The notes: generated by a model from the letters alone, not told the origin. A DNA stretch of 64,000 nt from Camelus dromedarius (GCF_036321535.1 NC_087437.1:107572001-107636000); one strand, 5' to 3'; positions 26,461 through 40,245 are shown, numbered from the stretch's first letter. A program made the numbers and translations.

Positions 26461-27084
26461 TATAATACAATCCAAAATTACTCAGCATGTGAAAAACCAG
26501 GAAAATCTCAATTTGGGTGAGAAAAAACAAGTGACATACACCTTTTATTGTACAAAATCTAGATAAGAGGCAAACGAAAAAAGATTAAAAAGGACTGCTT
26601 AGGGTGAAAAAATTGAATAAAGATCCTTAAGTACTTGTGAAATGAATCCACAAATATATAAACAAGCTAGTGACTAATGATGTGTGAGTGTGAGGTTTCC
26701 CATATAGTGATAAAGTAGATGGTCACCATTTATAAGCAAAATGACTCATTGTCTGCTTGAAAAGTTATTCTATCAAGTTAACAGGAAAGTCTACATTCTA
26801 TTAAGATCTATGCTATGATCAACTTTCATCAAAGAGTTGCCATCTACTCAAGTTAGCTAGAATCATTATCACACCAATGTCCTTATATTCAAACCTATAT
26901 ATTTTTTTGGTCACTGGAGAAGATTCTCATTTTAGATCTAGTTTTTTTCCATAAGAAAAACCAGTATGTTTTTCAGAAATGTAAAAATATTTCCTCTGCT
27001 ATGCTAAGGTTTAAAATAAAATGTGAAAAAGACACTATGTTATATATTATAACTATATACATATAAAACTATGTTATATATTCT

Positions 27085-27250
27085 ATAAGAATTTTAAAGC
27101 TAGAAGTGCATTAAAGTTAATTTAATTCTGTCCCCCACTTGGGGATGAGCAAATGGGGTGTTGAGTGAATAAGTGGTATGCCCAAGATGGTTCAGTAACT
27201 TAATGACAGAGTCAGACTAGAACTCTGGTTTTCATCTCCTAGTATTAGCA
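27085..27250 (-). mobile_element. MIR (MIR3/MIRc-like)
   Basis: 'gatgagcaaatgggg...gcccaagatggttcagtaacttaatgacagagtcagactagaactc'. Confidence 0.7.
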
Positions 27251-30200
27251 CCATAGAGCATTTAGAAGGTTTCAGGAGAAAAGCATTCCAACAGCACACA
27301 GGATAAAGCTTCGTATCTGAGAGATATGAAATTAATTTTTTCAAATGGCCCACTTTTACGATAGCTGCAGTGGCTGCATTTTGTTAACACTAGTCTTTGA
27401 AAGTAAACAGAACAAGCTATAATGGAAAAAGCATATATTTCAGGTCCACAGATCTCTGAGTTCAAACTAATTCTTTGTCTCTTAATAACTATAAGGTACT
27501 TTTTTCTGCACTTGAATAAAGAGGTAAATTAAACTTGTTCCAAATAAAGAATTGAGCTTGGAAGCTAGTGGTATGTTTGGCACATTCAGTAATTATTCGT
27601 TCTCTGCCTTTTTTTGCTGAAATGTCATTTAATGAGATGTCCTTGTAATTTACTTATGTAGTCTAATTAACCAATTATAGAGAGCAATTGTTAAAAAAAA
27701 CTTAACAAAAACTAAACCAATTTAAATAATTCATATCTTATTTAAAAAGTCACATATGAGTACAAATGTTCATTGCATTTACCACTTTTTGTTATCATAT
27801 CCTAAAAATTAATAAGCTGATATATCAGATGTTAAGACTGATGACACAAAATAACTGTAATTTCCAGGTATTATCTCCAAAGGCGTGTCTTCATGAAGCA
27901 GGATGTGGAAATGTTTGCTTAAAGGTGAGAAGAAGGTCTTAAAACAATAAAACTGAAAGAGGAAAAGCTAAAACCCCTGACACAGCTCTTGGGGAGGGGA
28001 TGGTTAAGTCTAAATGGGAGACCGGAAGTACCAGGTGAATGAATTCACTGACTTCACATGTGTGAGAAAATGTGCCTCACCGGATCCTCTTGCTGATTCA
28101 CATATTCTGGATTAGCGATGTTTTTCTAATTTTGGGCACCACATGAAGAGAAATAGAGTAGCTCAAATGTGTGAAATCAGGGACTGCTCAACTTATTTGC
28201 TGTGATAATTGAAATTTATTTCCCCATGAGTTGGTTCATTAGTATCCAAGATGGAAGTGCATGCATTATTGCACACTGCCTATGTGCTTCTAGACCTTCA
28301 GCAAGTGAGGGGAGAGGAGAGAAGGAAAGAGAAAGGGAAACCTTCTGAAAACAGGGCTCACTGTCAGGGGATGGTTGAAGGGGGGCAGGTTAAGCAGAGG
28401 AAGCCTCCCTCTGCTCCAGGATGTAGCTACAGCTGCAAGACAGAAACCTGCTCACCTGCATTCGTTTCCTGGTTCTCATTCAGCTTCTCACACCTAAAGC
28501 AGGATGCAGTATCAGGCAGGTTGTGGGGGTTCCTCTCTTATTAACAGAGGAGGTTCCTTTCTTTATTAATAAAGTACTAGGGCCTGATACTATCTGAAAT
28601 TCTTACAAATATGATCTTTTTCTTCCCCCACCTCTGGGACTTCAAGGACATTGAGGAGACAAGACTTGGCCTGAGCAAACCTACTGTGCAGTGTGCTGTT
28701 TCATTCACATCTTCTTTGTATGCACATCCTGGCTGAAAGTCCTTGCCCCGTCCCTGCTGTGGCTCCTTCCTCTGGCCAGACCACAGGCATCAGATCAACA
28801 TCTTCTCAGACGTCTATCCACTCCACCAAGTATAATAATAGTTCTTTCTCTGACCTGGTTGATCTCTTTTAGATATTTGTAAAACAGCCAAGTGTGATTA
28901 TGTTCATGAAGATTTTATTTTTTTATTTTATTGTTTTATTTTTATTTTATTCACAACATAACCTCTAGTTTCAGGGCACCATTCTTAGAAATACACCTTA
29001 TGTTTGATATGCCTCCTTCTCCTTTCCCACCAGCACGCCAAGGAATATTGACTTTCTGGACATGCTACACCTACCATCTACCCAGTCCCTAGAAACCCAC
29101 ATGCAAGAACTCTGATGAATTGTGATGAGACCGTCTAGTGTTTACCAATTTATAAGTAATAATGAAGTGATATTTTCATTCATACCTCAAATATAACAAC
29201 TTTAATCCTCTTTGTAGTCCTTACGCAGGAATTCCAGACTTTCCTATGTGGTCTTCTATCTAAATATTGCCCTGAACGTACCCAGAGTTATTTGTCCTTG
29301 TTGGTGATTCCATCTTTCTTTAATTCACACCTCCTCCTACTTGATTAGAGAACAGGAAGCATGTGTCTCAGGCAAATCCTTCACGTGATTAGAAAATGAT
29401 AGATGTTAAGGCTTTGGCTAGAACAAAGTTGGCAATGGGCTCTCCTTTTAGGGGAAGGAGAGGAAGGAGTCCAGGTCTGCAGCTATTCTCAGCGACTTTT
29501 TCCATCAGCTCTCTAGTTACTACCCGCAGCACGCCTTTGTGCTCTGTTAGAAAGCTGTCTCTGAGCACTGTGCCCACATGTCCCTGTTTGCTCAGGAAAG
29601 CCCTGGTTTATGCTTGTTGTACCATTTTACTCTCAGAAGTGTCTCTGTATGGACAATAAATTATAGCTCAGAGTTTAGAGTCTCTCTGAAAATCCACACA
29701 GAAGAAAGATACCTACCATCCTTTCATTCTTTTCTCATTCCTGGTCCAGGTTGCTTTTTTCTCTGCTTTGGCTTTTCCATCAAAAAGACACCAACTACTC
29801 TTTGTATTCCAAAGTTGCATTCAAATCTTTGGTCCACAAATGGCAATCCCTCTTGTAACTATTGCATGTAGGCTTTTACAGTTTTTTTTTTCCTCAAATC
29901 ATTACTATCTTGTTTTCCAAAGGGCCCATGATTAAGACACACTGGTTCCAAAACATGCAGTATTTTTCCCAAAATGTGTGGTCTCCATCCTCTGCCCAGA
30001 ACCAGGATTCCCTTCAAAAGACTGGTTCTAGATGATGATTATATTCACTTCCTGTAATCTTCAATTAAAGCACTTCTTCCCTTAAAATGTGTTTTGATAT
30101 ATAAGAATCTCCACATATATAAACATATATGTTGTACCATTCTCTTTTCTCTCAGAAGACTCTCTCAACTTTCTATGTATTCATGCTTGTTAATAAATAC

Positions 30201-31207
30201 ATAGGGAGGAATGCGGCTCAGCTTGACTTCCAGGCGTTCTGTGTTCAAATTACAGTGTTATGTTGAGAGGAGGGAGGCCACTACCAACATATGATCTTGC
30301 CCAACACACACAGTAGTTTATTTAAAAGTATAGAGAGAGGTATCCTGAAGAGAAAAATCAAAACAAACAAGACAGGCTACGTCTGGAAGTGGCGTAAATC
30401 TCTTAAAAGCTTCATCCAAGGAAAGAACCGTCATTGAAAATTCAAAAGCATCTCGGAAGTAAAGCTGGCCACATCAAGGGCCGAAGTCATTATGCCCCTT
30501 TGGCTCCATCCACTCCCTTTTACAGTCTTATTAGCAACTCCTTGGGACTCAGCCTTGGCCCATTTAAAGAGAAATTGTCTTAACAGTGATGTGAGTGATG
30601 CCCTCTCTGTCTCAGCTGGGGATCTTCCTTTTCCTTACTTCCCTCCATTTCTAGGACATAACCACAGTAAACAGTGCAGAGACTCAACACCGAATTCACA
30701 CTCCTACTAGTATCTCAAAACCAGGTTCATTGTCCTACCAGTCGCTGTCCAATACACGGCTCCCAAATTATGCTGCTATTCCGATTAATGCTAAATATGA
30801 TTCATATCTAAATATTGGGTATCTTTTTAAATATTCACAAGGATTTTTTAAAGGAAGTACTTTTTATTTGAAATTAATTTTTATTTAGTGATATTACCAG
30901 CATGTGACATGAGGTGAGGGATTTTTTTCTTTTTTTTGAACTGGAAATGCTGTCTTCTTGGCCAATGGGAGATGCAAGAGGAATGGTTTGCCTTGGTGAG
31001 CCATGGTTTCAGAATCCCTCAGGAAGAATTTTTACATAATGATCTCTTATAACTACCCTTAGAAATGCTGTAATATTTTCAGTTTCTATATACCTTGGCT
31101 TTTTCTTCTTTCAAGGTTTGGTTACTTAGAAGCCAGATAATGAGATTCAAAATAAATCCAGCGCACCATTTACATCTGCTGTACCAATAAAATCATTCAA
31201 AAGTCCT

Positions 31208-31687
31208 TTTTGGTAAATTGCAAATATGGATTCAATCTTTCACTCCTTTCAGTTTCCATTCCATGTGCAATGTGGCTTCCAAGATCTTACAATGAGGAAT
31301 TGGAGTCCTTTGTCCCTGGTCTGGTCTTACGACGTGCTTTGGCCAATGGAATGAAGTAAAAAATGCCAATGTGTAGGTCTCAAATCTAGGACTTGCGGGG
31401 CCTTAACAGTCTTACCCACTCACCTGGGACCTTTCTGTCTTCCCCATGTAAATAAGCCTGGGCTAATCCACTGAAGGATGAGATTTCCTGTGGCCCCTAA
31501 TCAAACCAGTCTCCTATACCCAGTATTGCTGCAGCCACGTAAGTGAGCCCAACTGAGATCAGAAGAACTACCTCCCTAAACCTAATCCCTATTGCTGACC
31601 CACAGAGTCATTAGCTGAATAAGCAGTGATGCTTTAAGCCACTTTGTTCTATGATAGATTGGTATACAGTATAAGGTAACTCATATA
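31208..31687 (+). mobile_element. MaLR solo LTR (MLT1F-like)
   Basis: 'tgctttggccaatggaatg...ccatgtaaataagcctgggcta...gagatcagaagaactacc...tgctgacccacagagtca...ctttaagccact...ggtaactcatata'. Confidence 0.85.
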
Positions 31688-31689
31688 CC

Positions 31690-32095
31690 TCTTATAACCC
31701 ACAGAGTAAATTTCAAATGTTTTAGCATTACAGTCATGATCTTTTACAATTCTCTGTAAACCTGCATTTTCAGTCCCAGCCCTGCCACTTTTCCCCTGGC
31801 AATCTATTCTTAATTCTTATACTGTGCATGTTTTATTAAAGTAATGTCTTCTGTGATTCTGTATTTCCATTTTTGTTGTGCCCTCTGACTGTAATGGTCT
31901 CATCTATCTCTTCTCTTTGCGAACTCATACATTTTTTCCAGAATTAGTTCTAACATTATTGACCCCATAAAGATTTTCCCAACTCTCCCAAAAGAAGGTA
32001 ATCTTTGACTTTCTGTTTCCACATTTTCCATATAACTCTAATCTTCAACATTTATCATATGACACTGTGTTGTTTATATCTCTGATCCCTAGCAT
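31690..32095 (+). mobile_element. L2 fragment (a further piece probably at about 30480-30780)
   Basis: 'cagagtaaatttcaaatgttttagcatt...tgccctctgactgtaatggtctc...gaactcatac...catttatcata'. Confidence 0.6.
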
Positions 32096-32236
32096 CTTGG
32101 CAGACACAGCTGTGGTACAGTCATCACCATTTACCAAAATTTACTCTTTACTCTCCAACTCCACCTTTATAGAAGGGATACACTTCTCCAGTGTAGCCAG
32201 TACTGGTGTATAAATTCTGACCTAGGTCTTAAAAAG

Positions 32237-32770
32237 CACACACACACACACACACCCCCCCAACAACTTCTTTATCCAAACAGTGGAATATCACTCAGCC
32301 ATAAAAAAGAATGAAATAATGCCATTTGCAGCAACATGGATGGGCTTAGAGAATTTCATATTAAGTGAAGTAAGTCTGACAGAGAAAGATAAATATCATA
32401 TGATATATATGTGGAATCTAAAAAAAATGATGCAAATGAACTTATTTACAAACTAGAAACAGACTCATAGACATAGAAAACAAACCTATGGTTACCAAAG
32501 GGAAAAGGGAGGAAAGAAGAGTGATAAATTAGAAGTTTGGGATTAACATATACACACTACTATATATAAAATAGATGAACAACAAGGACCTACTGTATAG
32601 CAAAGGGAACTATATTCAGCATCTTGTAATAAACTATAATGGAAAGGAACCTGAAAAAGAATACATATATATACACATACATATATATGTATAATTGAAT
32701 TACTTTGCTGTAAACCTGAAACTAACACAACATTGTCAATCAACTACACTTCAATGAAACAAACAAAAAA
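32237..32770 (+). mobile_element. Artiodactyl L1 3' end with a short 5' inversion
   Basis: 'tggaatatcactcagccataaaaaagaatgaaataatgccatttgcagcaacatgg...aaactaacacaacattgtcaatcaacta'; candidate TSD aaaaagca at 32231-38 and 32767-74 at a TT/AAAA site. Confidence 0.92.
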
Positions 32771-34714
32771 AGCATCCACTCCTTTTGGAGCTTCCAACCA
32801 CTCTTACTGGTTTCATTCAGAAAAGCAAGCAGACTTCCAATTTCAAAACAAAGAAAGTAAAGAGGAGGAAAATATTTCTGGAGCTTACCTGCTAACATGT
32901 AAGCAAGAAATTAATATCAGGTAATTAGTTCCACACTATTGTAACTTTAGCTGAGATAATAGCTGAATTGATATGTGACAAGCAAACAACTAAAGTTAAT
33001 GAGTTCATGTAGGCTCTTAAGACATTCTAATAAGAAAGGCATTGAATCAAGACCTAGGAAGTTTTGATTGAAAATGTATTACAGTTTCCTTAAAAGATGA
33101 TTAAGTAGTGTACATGTCATCAGTTCTTTAAATTTAAACACTTTTCATCAGTCCTTAGCAGAGATTTTGCCTTTGATCACATCTGGCTTGACTGAAAGTT
33201 CTTTGTTGATGGATTGACTTTCTTTCACATAGTGAGAGACAACTACATACTCTCAAATGTTAGGTTTATATCCTTATGTGCACATAGTCTGAGATGATAT
33301 GAGAGAATAAAATACATTTTAGAAAGAGTAACATTGCATCCTCTGCTACCCCAATTTCTAAAGTAACATAAGTTCAAGTTAAAAAGACTTAAAAATGCTA
33401 AAATATATAAATTATAAGGTAACATCTCATGATCTTCTTCATTAGAGCAAAGTATCATTAATGCTTTAAGATTTCAGGTTTATTTTTTCTGTGCATATAA
33501 AACTTTCTTTTATTTAATATCATATTGGGAAAAGAGCTTCCAGATGTCCATTGTTATCCATTCTAAGAGTAGTAAATATACCATTATCATTGAAATAAAG
33601 TTCAAGTATGGTGTGATTGTTACATTTCCAATAGAAAAATTACACATTATGCCTTGTTTTTAATTTTGAATAAGTTCTATGAGGGAAGATGCTCACATTT
33701 TTTTCCACTGAAAATATGTGCAATGTACAGAATTATGTGATGCTGGGTTATGACTTATGAATTGAAATATGTAAGTCTAAACAGTTGGCTGGTTTCAGAA
33801 ATATAAGTGAGATTTTCCATTAGCTCTTCCATTTTATGAATTGTGGTTTAACATTCTTACCACACCATAAACATCTGAGCTTACAAAACACGTAGAGTTC
33901 ACACATTACATAAAAATGCTGCCATCCTACAGCATTTTTGTTAAATCTTTCTTGAGGAAAATATTTTTCTTGGAGAAACAAGATAGTTTTCTTTTCTAAG
34001 TGAGTTGCAGCAATAAGGGAGAAAATTGTTAAATATCATTTTATATGTTCACAAATTAGATTGTCCCAAATGAAATGTACATTTTTCATGTAGGTCTAAA
34101 TTTATATGAAAGCGGCAACTCAGAACTTCAAAATATATATTTTCTGAGCCATCCAAGAAAAATGTGAACTTTTTTTTCCCCCTTTGGTAAATTATCTATC
34201 TGTGCCAAAGGGTTTCTAACTTGCAGAACTATAACTTGTCCTTTGCTCTGCAAGACTGAGTATGACTTACTTTCTGCTTCTAAATTTATTCAAAGTGTAT
34301 TATCACCTACATGAACCATGCAGAAACAGCCATTCAGGTAATTCACTCAATTCAGCAAGAGGCACAAACAAGCAGACATAAATAAATAAACATGTATAAA
34401 TAATAATAAACACTAATAGAAATGAACAGATTTTAAGCAAAAGTTAACATTTTCTTTATAGAATGAAAGCAAACAGGCCATAAGATGGTCTGTGGAAGAT
34501 ACGAATAAACTGATTTTACTGAGAGAAACATGAACTCTTTATTTAGTCATTGCTCTAAATGTGGCAGCTCATTCTCAGGAAGCAAGAGCTAAGAAAAGCC
34601 CGGGAGAACTATTCATAGCTTCAACTATCTATATATTGAAGAAGAAGAATCTGGATGATAATTCTAGCAAACAGGAACCTGACATATGAATACAATAAAA
34701 ATAGTTTAAATGTG

Positions 34715-34930
34715 TTAAATGATTATTATGAGCCAGGGTGTAAGTGTTATCCATCAATGAAATCTCAAAAGTCTGTCAGACAAGCAAAATATGCAGTAGC
34801 AGAAAGGAGTTAAGTGTTTTGCAGGGAGAGGTTAAGGCGGCAAGAGGCAGAGTCAGGACACAAATCCAGGCCAGCTGGCTCCTTAGACCCATCCCTCAAA
34901 ACGCACCTCTACCATCTACTTACACTATCT
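34715..34930 (-). mobile_element. MIR
   Basis: 'agaaaggagttaagtgttttgc...ggcagagtcaggacacaaatccagg'. Confidence 0.6.
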
Positions 34931-35609
34931 AGAAGGTAACTAGGAGCTCGAATGAGCATTTAGAATATCCCGGTGAGCTGATCCACAAAATACGCAGTCT
35001 TATAGCTTCTGTTCCATCCAGGGGGTTCATACATCCACTCTATTTACTTCACATTCAGAGAAAAAAAAAAATGCCCCCATGAAAGGTGTTAGCTGGAGAG
35101 AAGAGCAAACAATAATACAAGAATTGGTGGGCAGCCTATAATTTAGAGATTGAATTCTAGGTTTGACATTTCTCCAGTCAGATGATTTTTTTTTTTAACT
35201 TGAAAAATGCCCATCCTTGTCATCGAGACCATGAAGGAAGCTTATAATTATGGATGCTTTCAATTTCAGAAGCTGAAGAAGGAACTCACAAGGGGAAGAT
35301 GAAAATTCTTAGCTTCCTGTATGTTCAACAGAAGGAAATCTAATCGGAAGGAGAAAGGTTAGTATTTTATCTTAAAAGTGTACATGGAGAGGCAAGCACA
35401 TAAGCATAGCAGAGAAATTAGTATTAGAAAGAAAGAAGGCACACACTTGACATTTGGTATTTAAAAAAATAGTTCTTGGTTCATCCTCAGCTAATATGTA
35501 ATAGTAGTGCAGAGGACCTCGTCCTTCAAGATGATCATACTTAAAGCAACATTACACCTCTCCCCTCTCCCTCTTTGGTCGTCTTTGTTTTCCTCTGCCC
35601 TTTCTTTGC

Positions 35610-35755
35610 ATTTAACCTTTTTATGTGTCTTGACATTATCAGGTAGCACTTTGTCGCCTTCATTATAGATGGAGCTCTTCAACTGTAAGAAATTTGTCAT
35701 GATTATAATTATGCTCTTAATACCCAGTGTCTGCCACTCAGCAAACATTTTAAAG
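35610..35755 (+). mobile_element. L2 3' end
   Basis: 'tagatggagctcttcaactgtaagaaatttgtc...cccagtgtctgccactcagcaaacatt'. Confidence 0.5.
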
Positions 35756-35959
35756 AGATTATTTTATTATCAGTGTAAGCAGTAGATTGAGCTATAATAT
35801 GCTTTCTAATGATGAAAGCATACAATTTCAGCTGAATATTAAAAATCTGGAATAATGTATTTGGATGAAAATGGTTATTCAGTTTTGTCATTTGCACAGT
35901 ACACGTCCGTCTTCTGTGGGGCTGTAGGGATGACACATACGTAAGCTCTGAGTCATTTG

Positions 35960-36700
35960 TCATCTACTGGAAGCAAGAGACAGATAATCACACAGCCGTG
36001 AAACCAAGCCCAGAATGAGAAGTGCTATTAGAGAATCAAAAAGAGGTGCTCTGGGACAATCAGGATTGCAGTAGCATTCAGGGAGAATGGACGTGGGACA
36101 TTACAGGAGAGAAAAGCATCCTTCTGAGGAAATTGGATTAATCCTGACTTAAGAGCTTGAGTGACTAAATATGTGTAACTAAGGAAAAATGTAGGACCAA
36201 ATCCCAGAAGCAGAGACTATCAGAGGATTAAATAAAATAACCTATAAAAGCCTGCTGACAGATGATTTTAAAGAGTAGAATTCTAAGGCTTAGATATTGG
36301 GAGGGTTTTTTTTATCATTATTTTTAGAAATTTGGAGAACATTAAAAAAATATCTGGGGTTCAAAACCAAAGGAGATTTTTAATCAACAAGTACGAGACC
36401 ACCAAGTGTGCTAGTGTTGCGATGAACAGATTTCTTTTTTTTTTTTTTAAATGACATAGTTTTAGCTTTAGAAAGAGAAATTTAGCGATCATGTTTAGAA
36501 TGAATTTGAAGGAAACTGGATACTGAACATGAGGAGGCCAGTGGTGATAGTTTCTGGAAAAGGTTAAAAGAACTTGGATTTTGGTATTAACAATAGGAAT
36601 TACAAAGAAGGAAGTGGTAATCGATATTTGGGATTGATACAAAGAACATCTCATAAAGATTGGATAAGAATATAGCTGAGAAGATGCTGCAACAGAGACA
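35960..36700 (-). mobile_element. L2 fragments
   Basis: 'agtgctattagaga...gaggtgctctgggac', 'gacatagttttagctttagaaagagaaatttagc...agaatgaatttga'. Confidence 0.55.
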
Positions 36701-37217
36701 GCACTCAAGGAATGTATATGATGCGTAAAAAGGCATGATAATCAGAAAGCAGAGAGATATAAATAGCCAGACTATTAACCAAAAGCTGTATGAAACAATG
36801 AAAATTAAGCTAGGCTTTGAAGAAAACACAAAAACAGACGGTCAAGAGGATATGCGGAAGAATTTCCATGTAGGAAGTCAAAGCATGAGCCAGTGGTCAA
36901 GAGTTAATAGTCAGTCACCCTGGTCTGGGGGTGGTACAGGAAGACCCAGACACACTGAGACCAAATGCTCATACAGAGCAGCTTTCGGGGAAAAATGTTG
37001 GGATGAGGAAATTTTCATTCATTATTATGAAAACTATAGATTAATGTAATATAAGTGACATTAAGGGATCTTTGTAGGCTCTGAAACAAGCAAGCGAGCA
37101 CAAAAACAAAAGCGAAAAACCACCAGACATTCAAAATAATTCCTATAGCAAAGTACCCCGTGGAGTTGAGGCTGGGTGTAACAGAAGACCAAGATTCCAT
37201 TAGAAGACAATTAAAAG

Positions 37218-37531
37218 GCAATTGCTGATTCAGTTTCATTGCTGGTAATTGGTCTGTTCATGTTTTCTTTCTTCCTAGTGCAGTATTGAGAGATTGTACT
37301 ATTCTAAGAATTCAGAATTTCTTCAAAGTTTCTTACTCATTTTATTGGCATATAGTTGCTCGTAGTGGTCTCTTATGATCCTTTGTATTTCTGTAGTGTT
37401 GGTTGTACTTTTTCCTTTTTTTAATTTCTGATTTGATTGATTTGGGCCCTCTCCCTTTTTTTCTTGATGAGTCTGGCTAAGGTTTATCAATTTTGTGTAT
37501 CTTTTCAAAGAACTAGCTTTTAGCTTTATTG

Positions 37532-37582
<51 letters not shown>

Positions 37583-37843
37583 TTTCTTCCTTTCTTCCTT
37601 TCTTTCTTTCTTTTTTGTTTCCTTTATTTCTGCTCTGATCTTTATTAAGATTTCTTTCTTTCTACTAAATCTGGGTTTTGTGTGTTGTTCTTTCTCTAGT
37701 TCCTTTAGGTGTAAGCTCAGCTTGTTTATTTGCAATTTTTCTTGCTTCCTGAGGTAAATTTATATCACTATAAACTTCCCTCTTAGAACTGCTTTTGCTG
37801 TGTCCAAAAAGTTTTGGATTATCCTGTTTTCATTTTTATTTGT
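37218..37843 (-). mobile_element. L1 ORF2 segment, inverted 5' part of a twin-primed insertion
   Basis: Minus-strand peptides MQINKLSLHLKELEKEQHTKPRFSRKKE..KIRAEI and TTNTTEIQRIIRDHYEQLYANKM are LINE-1 ORF2 sequence between EN and RT. Confidence 0.93.
37534..37615 (+). repeat. (TTTC)n microsatellite expanded inside L1 ORF2
   Basis: Directly visible. Confidence 0.95.
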
Positions 37844-38990
37844 AGACCTATGTGTTAAGACCGGATATCATAAAACTCTTAGAGGAAAACAGGCAGAACA
37901 TTCTTTGACATAAATTGCAGTGTTTTTTTGGCTCCATCTCCTAAAGCAAAGGAAATAAAAACAAAAATAAACAAATTGGGTCTAATTCAATGTAAAAGCT
38001 TTTTCTTAACAAAGGAAAACTTTAACAAAACAAAAAGGCAACCTACTGAATGGGCATATTATAAGGCTGATAAGGGGTTAATATTCAACATATATAAACA
38101 GTTCATACAAGTCAACATTAAAAAAAAACCTGATTAAAAAATGGGCAGAAGAACTGAATAGATATTTTTTCCAAAGAGGAAATGCAGATGGCCAACAGGC
38201 ACATGAAAGGATGCCAACATTGCTAATCATGGGGGAAATACAAATCAAAACCACAATGAGGTATCACCTCACGCCTGTCAGTATGGCTATCATCAAAAAG
38301 AATACAAATAATAAATGGCTGGTGAGGATGTAGAGAAAAGGTAACCCTCATACAGTAATGGTGGGAATGTAAATTGGTGTAGCCACTGTGGAAAACAGTA
38401 TGGAGGTTTCTCAAGAAACTAAAAGTAGAACTACCATATGACCCAGCATTTGACCATATGACCCACTCATGAGTATATATTCCAAAAAACAAAAGCACTA
38501 ATTCAAAAAGATACATGCACCCCAATGTTCACAGCAGTGTTATTTACAATTGCCAAGGTATGGAAGCAACCTAAGTGTTCATCAACAGATATTCATAAAA
38601 GATAAAGAAGATGTGGTGTATATGCATCATGGAATACTACTCAATCATAAAAAAGAACAAAATTTTGCCATTTTCAGCAACTAGGACAGACTTGGGGGGC
38701 ATTATGCTAAGTGAAACAAATCAGACAAGTACTGTATGATATCACCTATATGTGGAATCTAGAAAATACAGTAAATGAGTAAATAAAACAAAAAATAAAC
38801 AGACTCACAGATACAAAGAACGAACGAATGGTTACCAGTGAGTAGTAGGAAGGGGGAGGGGCAATATAAGGGTAGGGAGGAAAAGGGTTATTATGGGATT
38901 ATATAAAGTGACATGTATGGAAAAATATAAAGCACTATAGAATTTAAAGTAAATTTCATTCAATAAAAAATTAAAAACTATAATAAAATT
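37844..38990 (+). mobile_element. L1 ORF2 C-terminal part plus 3' UTR and A-rich tail
   Basis: SPKAKEIKTKINKLGLI...KTKRQPTEW; 'gatacatgcaccccaatgttcacagcag'; ends 'cattcaataaaaaattaaaa'. Confidence 0.95.
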
Positions 38991-40029
38991 TTTAAAACGG
39001 TAATTGAATTGATTTAATTATAAAGCTTTGAGTCTCCTCACAGGAAGAACACCCCTAGAAAAGACAGAAGGGAAAAACTAAGAAATACAAGGGCTCAGTG
39101 TCTCTTAAAAGAGAAAGGAGAGGGGTGAGCTGAAAACAGCCAGGCTAGTGAGGTGGTAAAGAAAGCAAATGGAACAGTTTAGAGGAGAATCTAGGTCAGT
39201 GTGTGCATACTTAGTTGGGTCTGATGACAGCATATTCTATTTGAGTGAAGATCTTGGAAGCATATGCAATATAAAACTGATGCTTTAGTAAGTAGTTGGG
39301 ACCAGAGAGTTACATCTGAATATCATTAATATAAAATAAAGTGAGTGAGTGGTTTTCTTAAGAAAAATGCAGTGAGAGAAGACTAAACGACAATGAACTG
39401 GTTAATTGGGAAGCCATTACTAATACAGGTCAGGAAGGAGAAAGCCAACAAGGAGATCAGTGATGATGGTAATGATGGTGTAATAAATACATGTCAGTTA
39501 TTGGGAAATTATTCTCGGCCAGGAGCTGTGATAAGTTTTACATTCAATGCTCATAATACTATCTTTAGACAAAGAGGTAAAGTTGGGAGAATCTGGTAAA
39601 ATGTAAAAGCACTGTCTCTGTTATCAAGAGAGGATAGACTCTCATGAAGGTTGTGATCAAAGGTTATTGCCAAGACAAGATATGGGTTTAAGAAAATTCC
39701 TAGGGTCTGGCTAAGCTGGGTACCACAAACTGGAAAGCCTGCTAAGGAGGGCCAATGACTTAGAAAGGCAGCTTGAAAGCCTCTCTGGTGTTCAATGAAA
39801 GTGAGAGCTAAAAATGACCAAAGATCTTCTGTGGAAAAATGATGCCTTTCTACTGAAATAGACACAGTATTGCTATGTCAAGAAATTACAGATGATTCCC
39901 AGCAGAGATTACGGATGATTTATGAATGCAATTATGGGTGTAATTCTATTCATAAATGGTCTATGGTGCTTTTCATAAAGTCAATATATTGATTATATAG
40001 ATTTTTCCATAGAATAAACAATACTAAGA

Positions 40030-40245
40030 ATAACAACCATCTAGCACACATTTAGACTTGCATTATATTAGCCCTGATACTTACAATGAACCTTCAAGAC
40101 AGATCTCATAACATGATTTTATAGTTAACAAATTCGAGATCTGGACTGTTTAAGTAATTTGCCCAGTCCACCCAGCTGTACATGCCTGAAACAGACCTCC
40201 AGATCAGAGCTGCAGAGTCCCACAGCATCCCTCTTTCTCCCTGGT
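40030..40245 (-). mobile_element. MIR
   Basis: 'gattttatagttaacaaattcgagatctggactgtttaagtaatttgcccagtccacccagct'. Confidence 0.65.

Noticed and set aside
29389..29659. Antiparallel ORFs with protein-like composition (…VLRVVTRELMEKVAENSC…)
   Set aside because: In-frame stop 11 codons upstream of the minus ORF, non-ATG start, no convincing family match or splice context; tBLASTn or PhyloCSF would settle it
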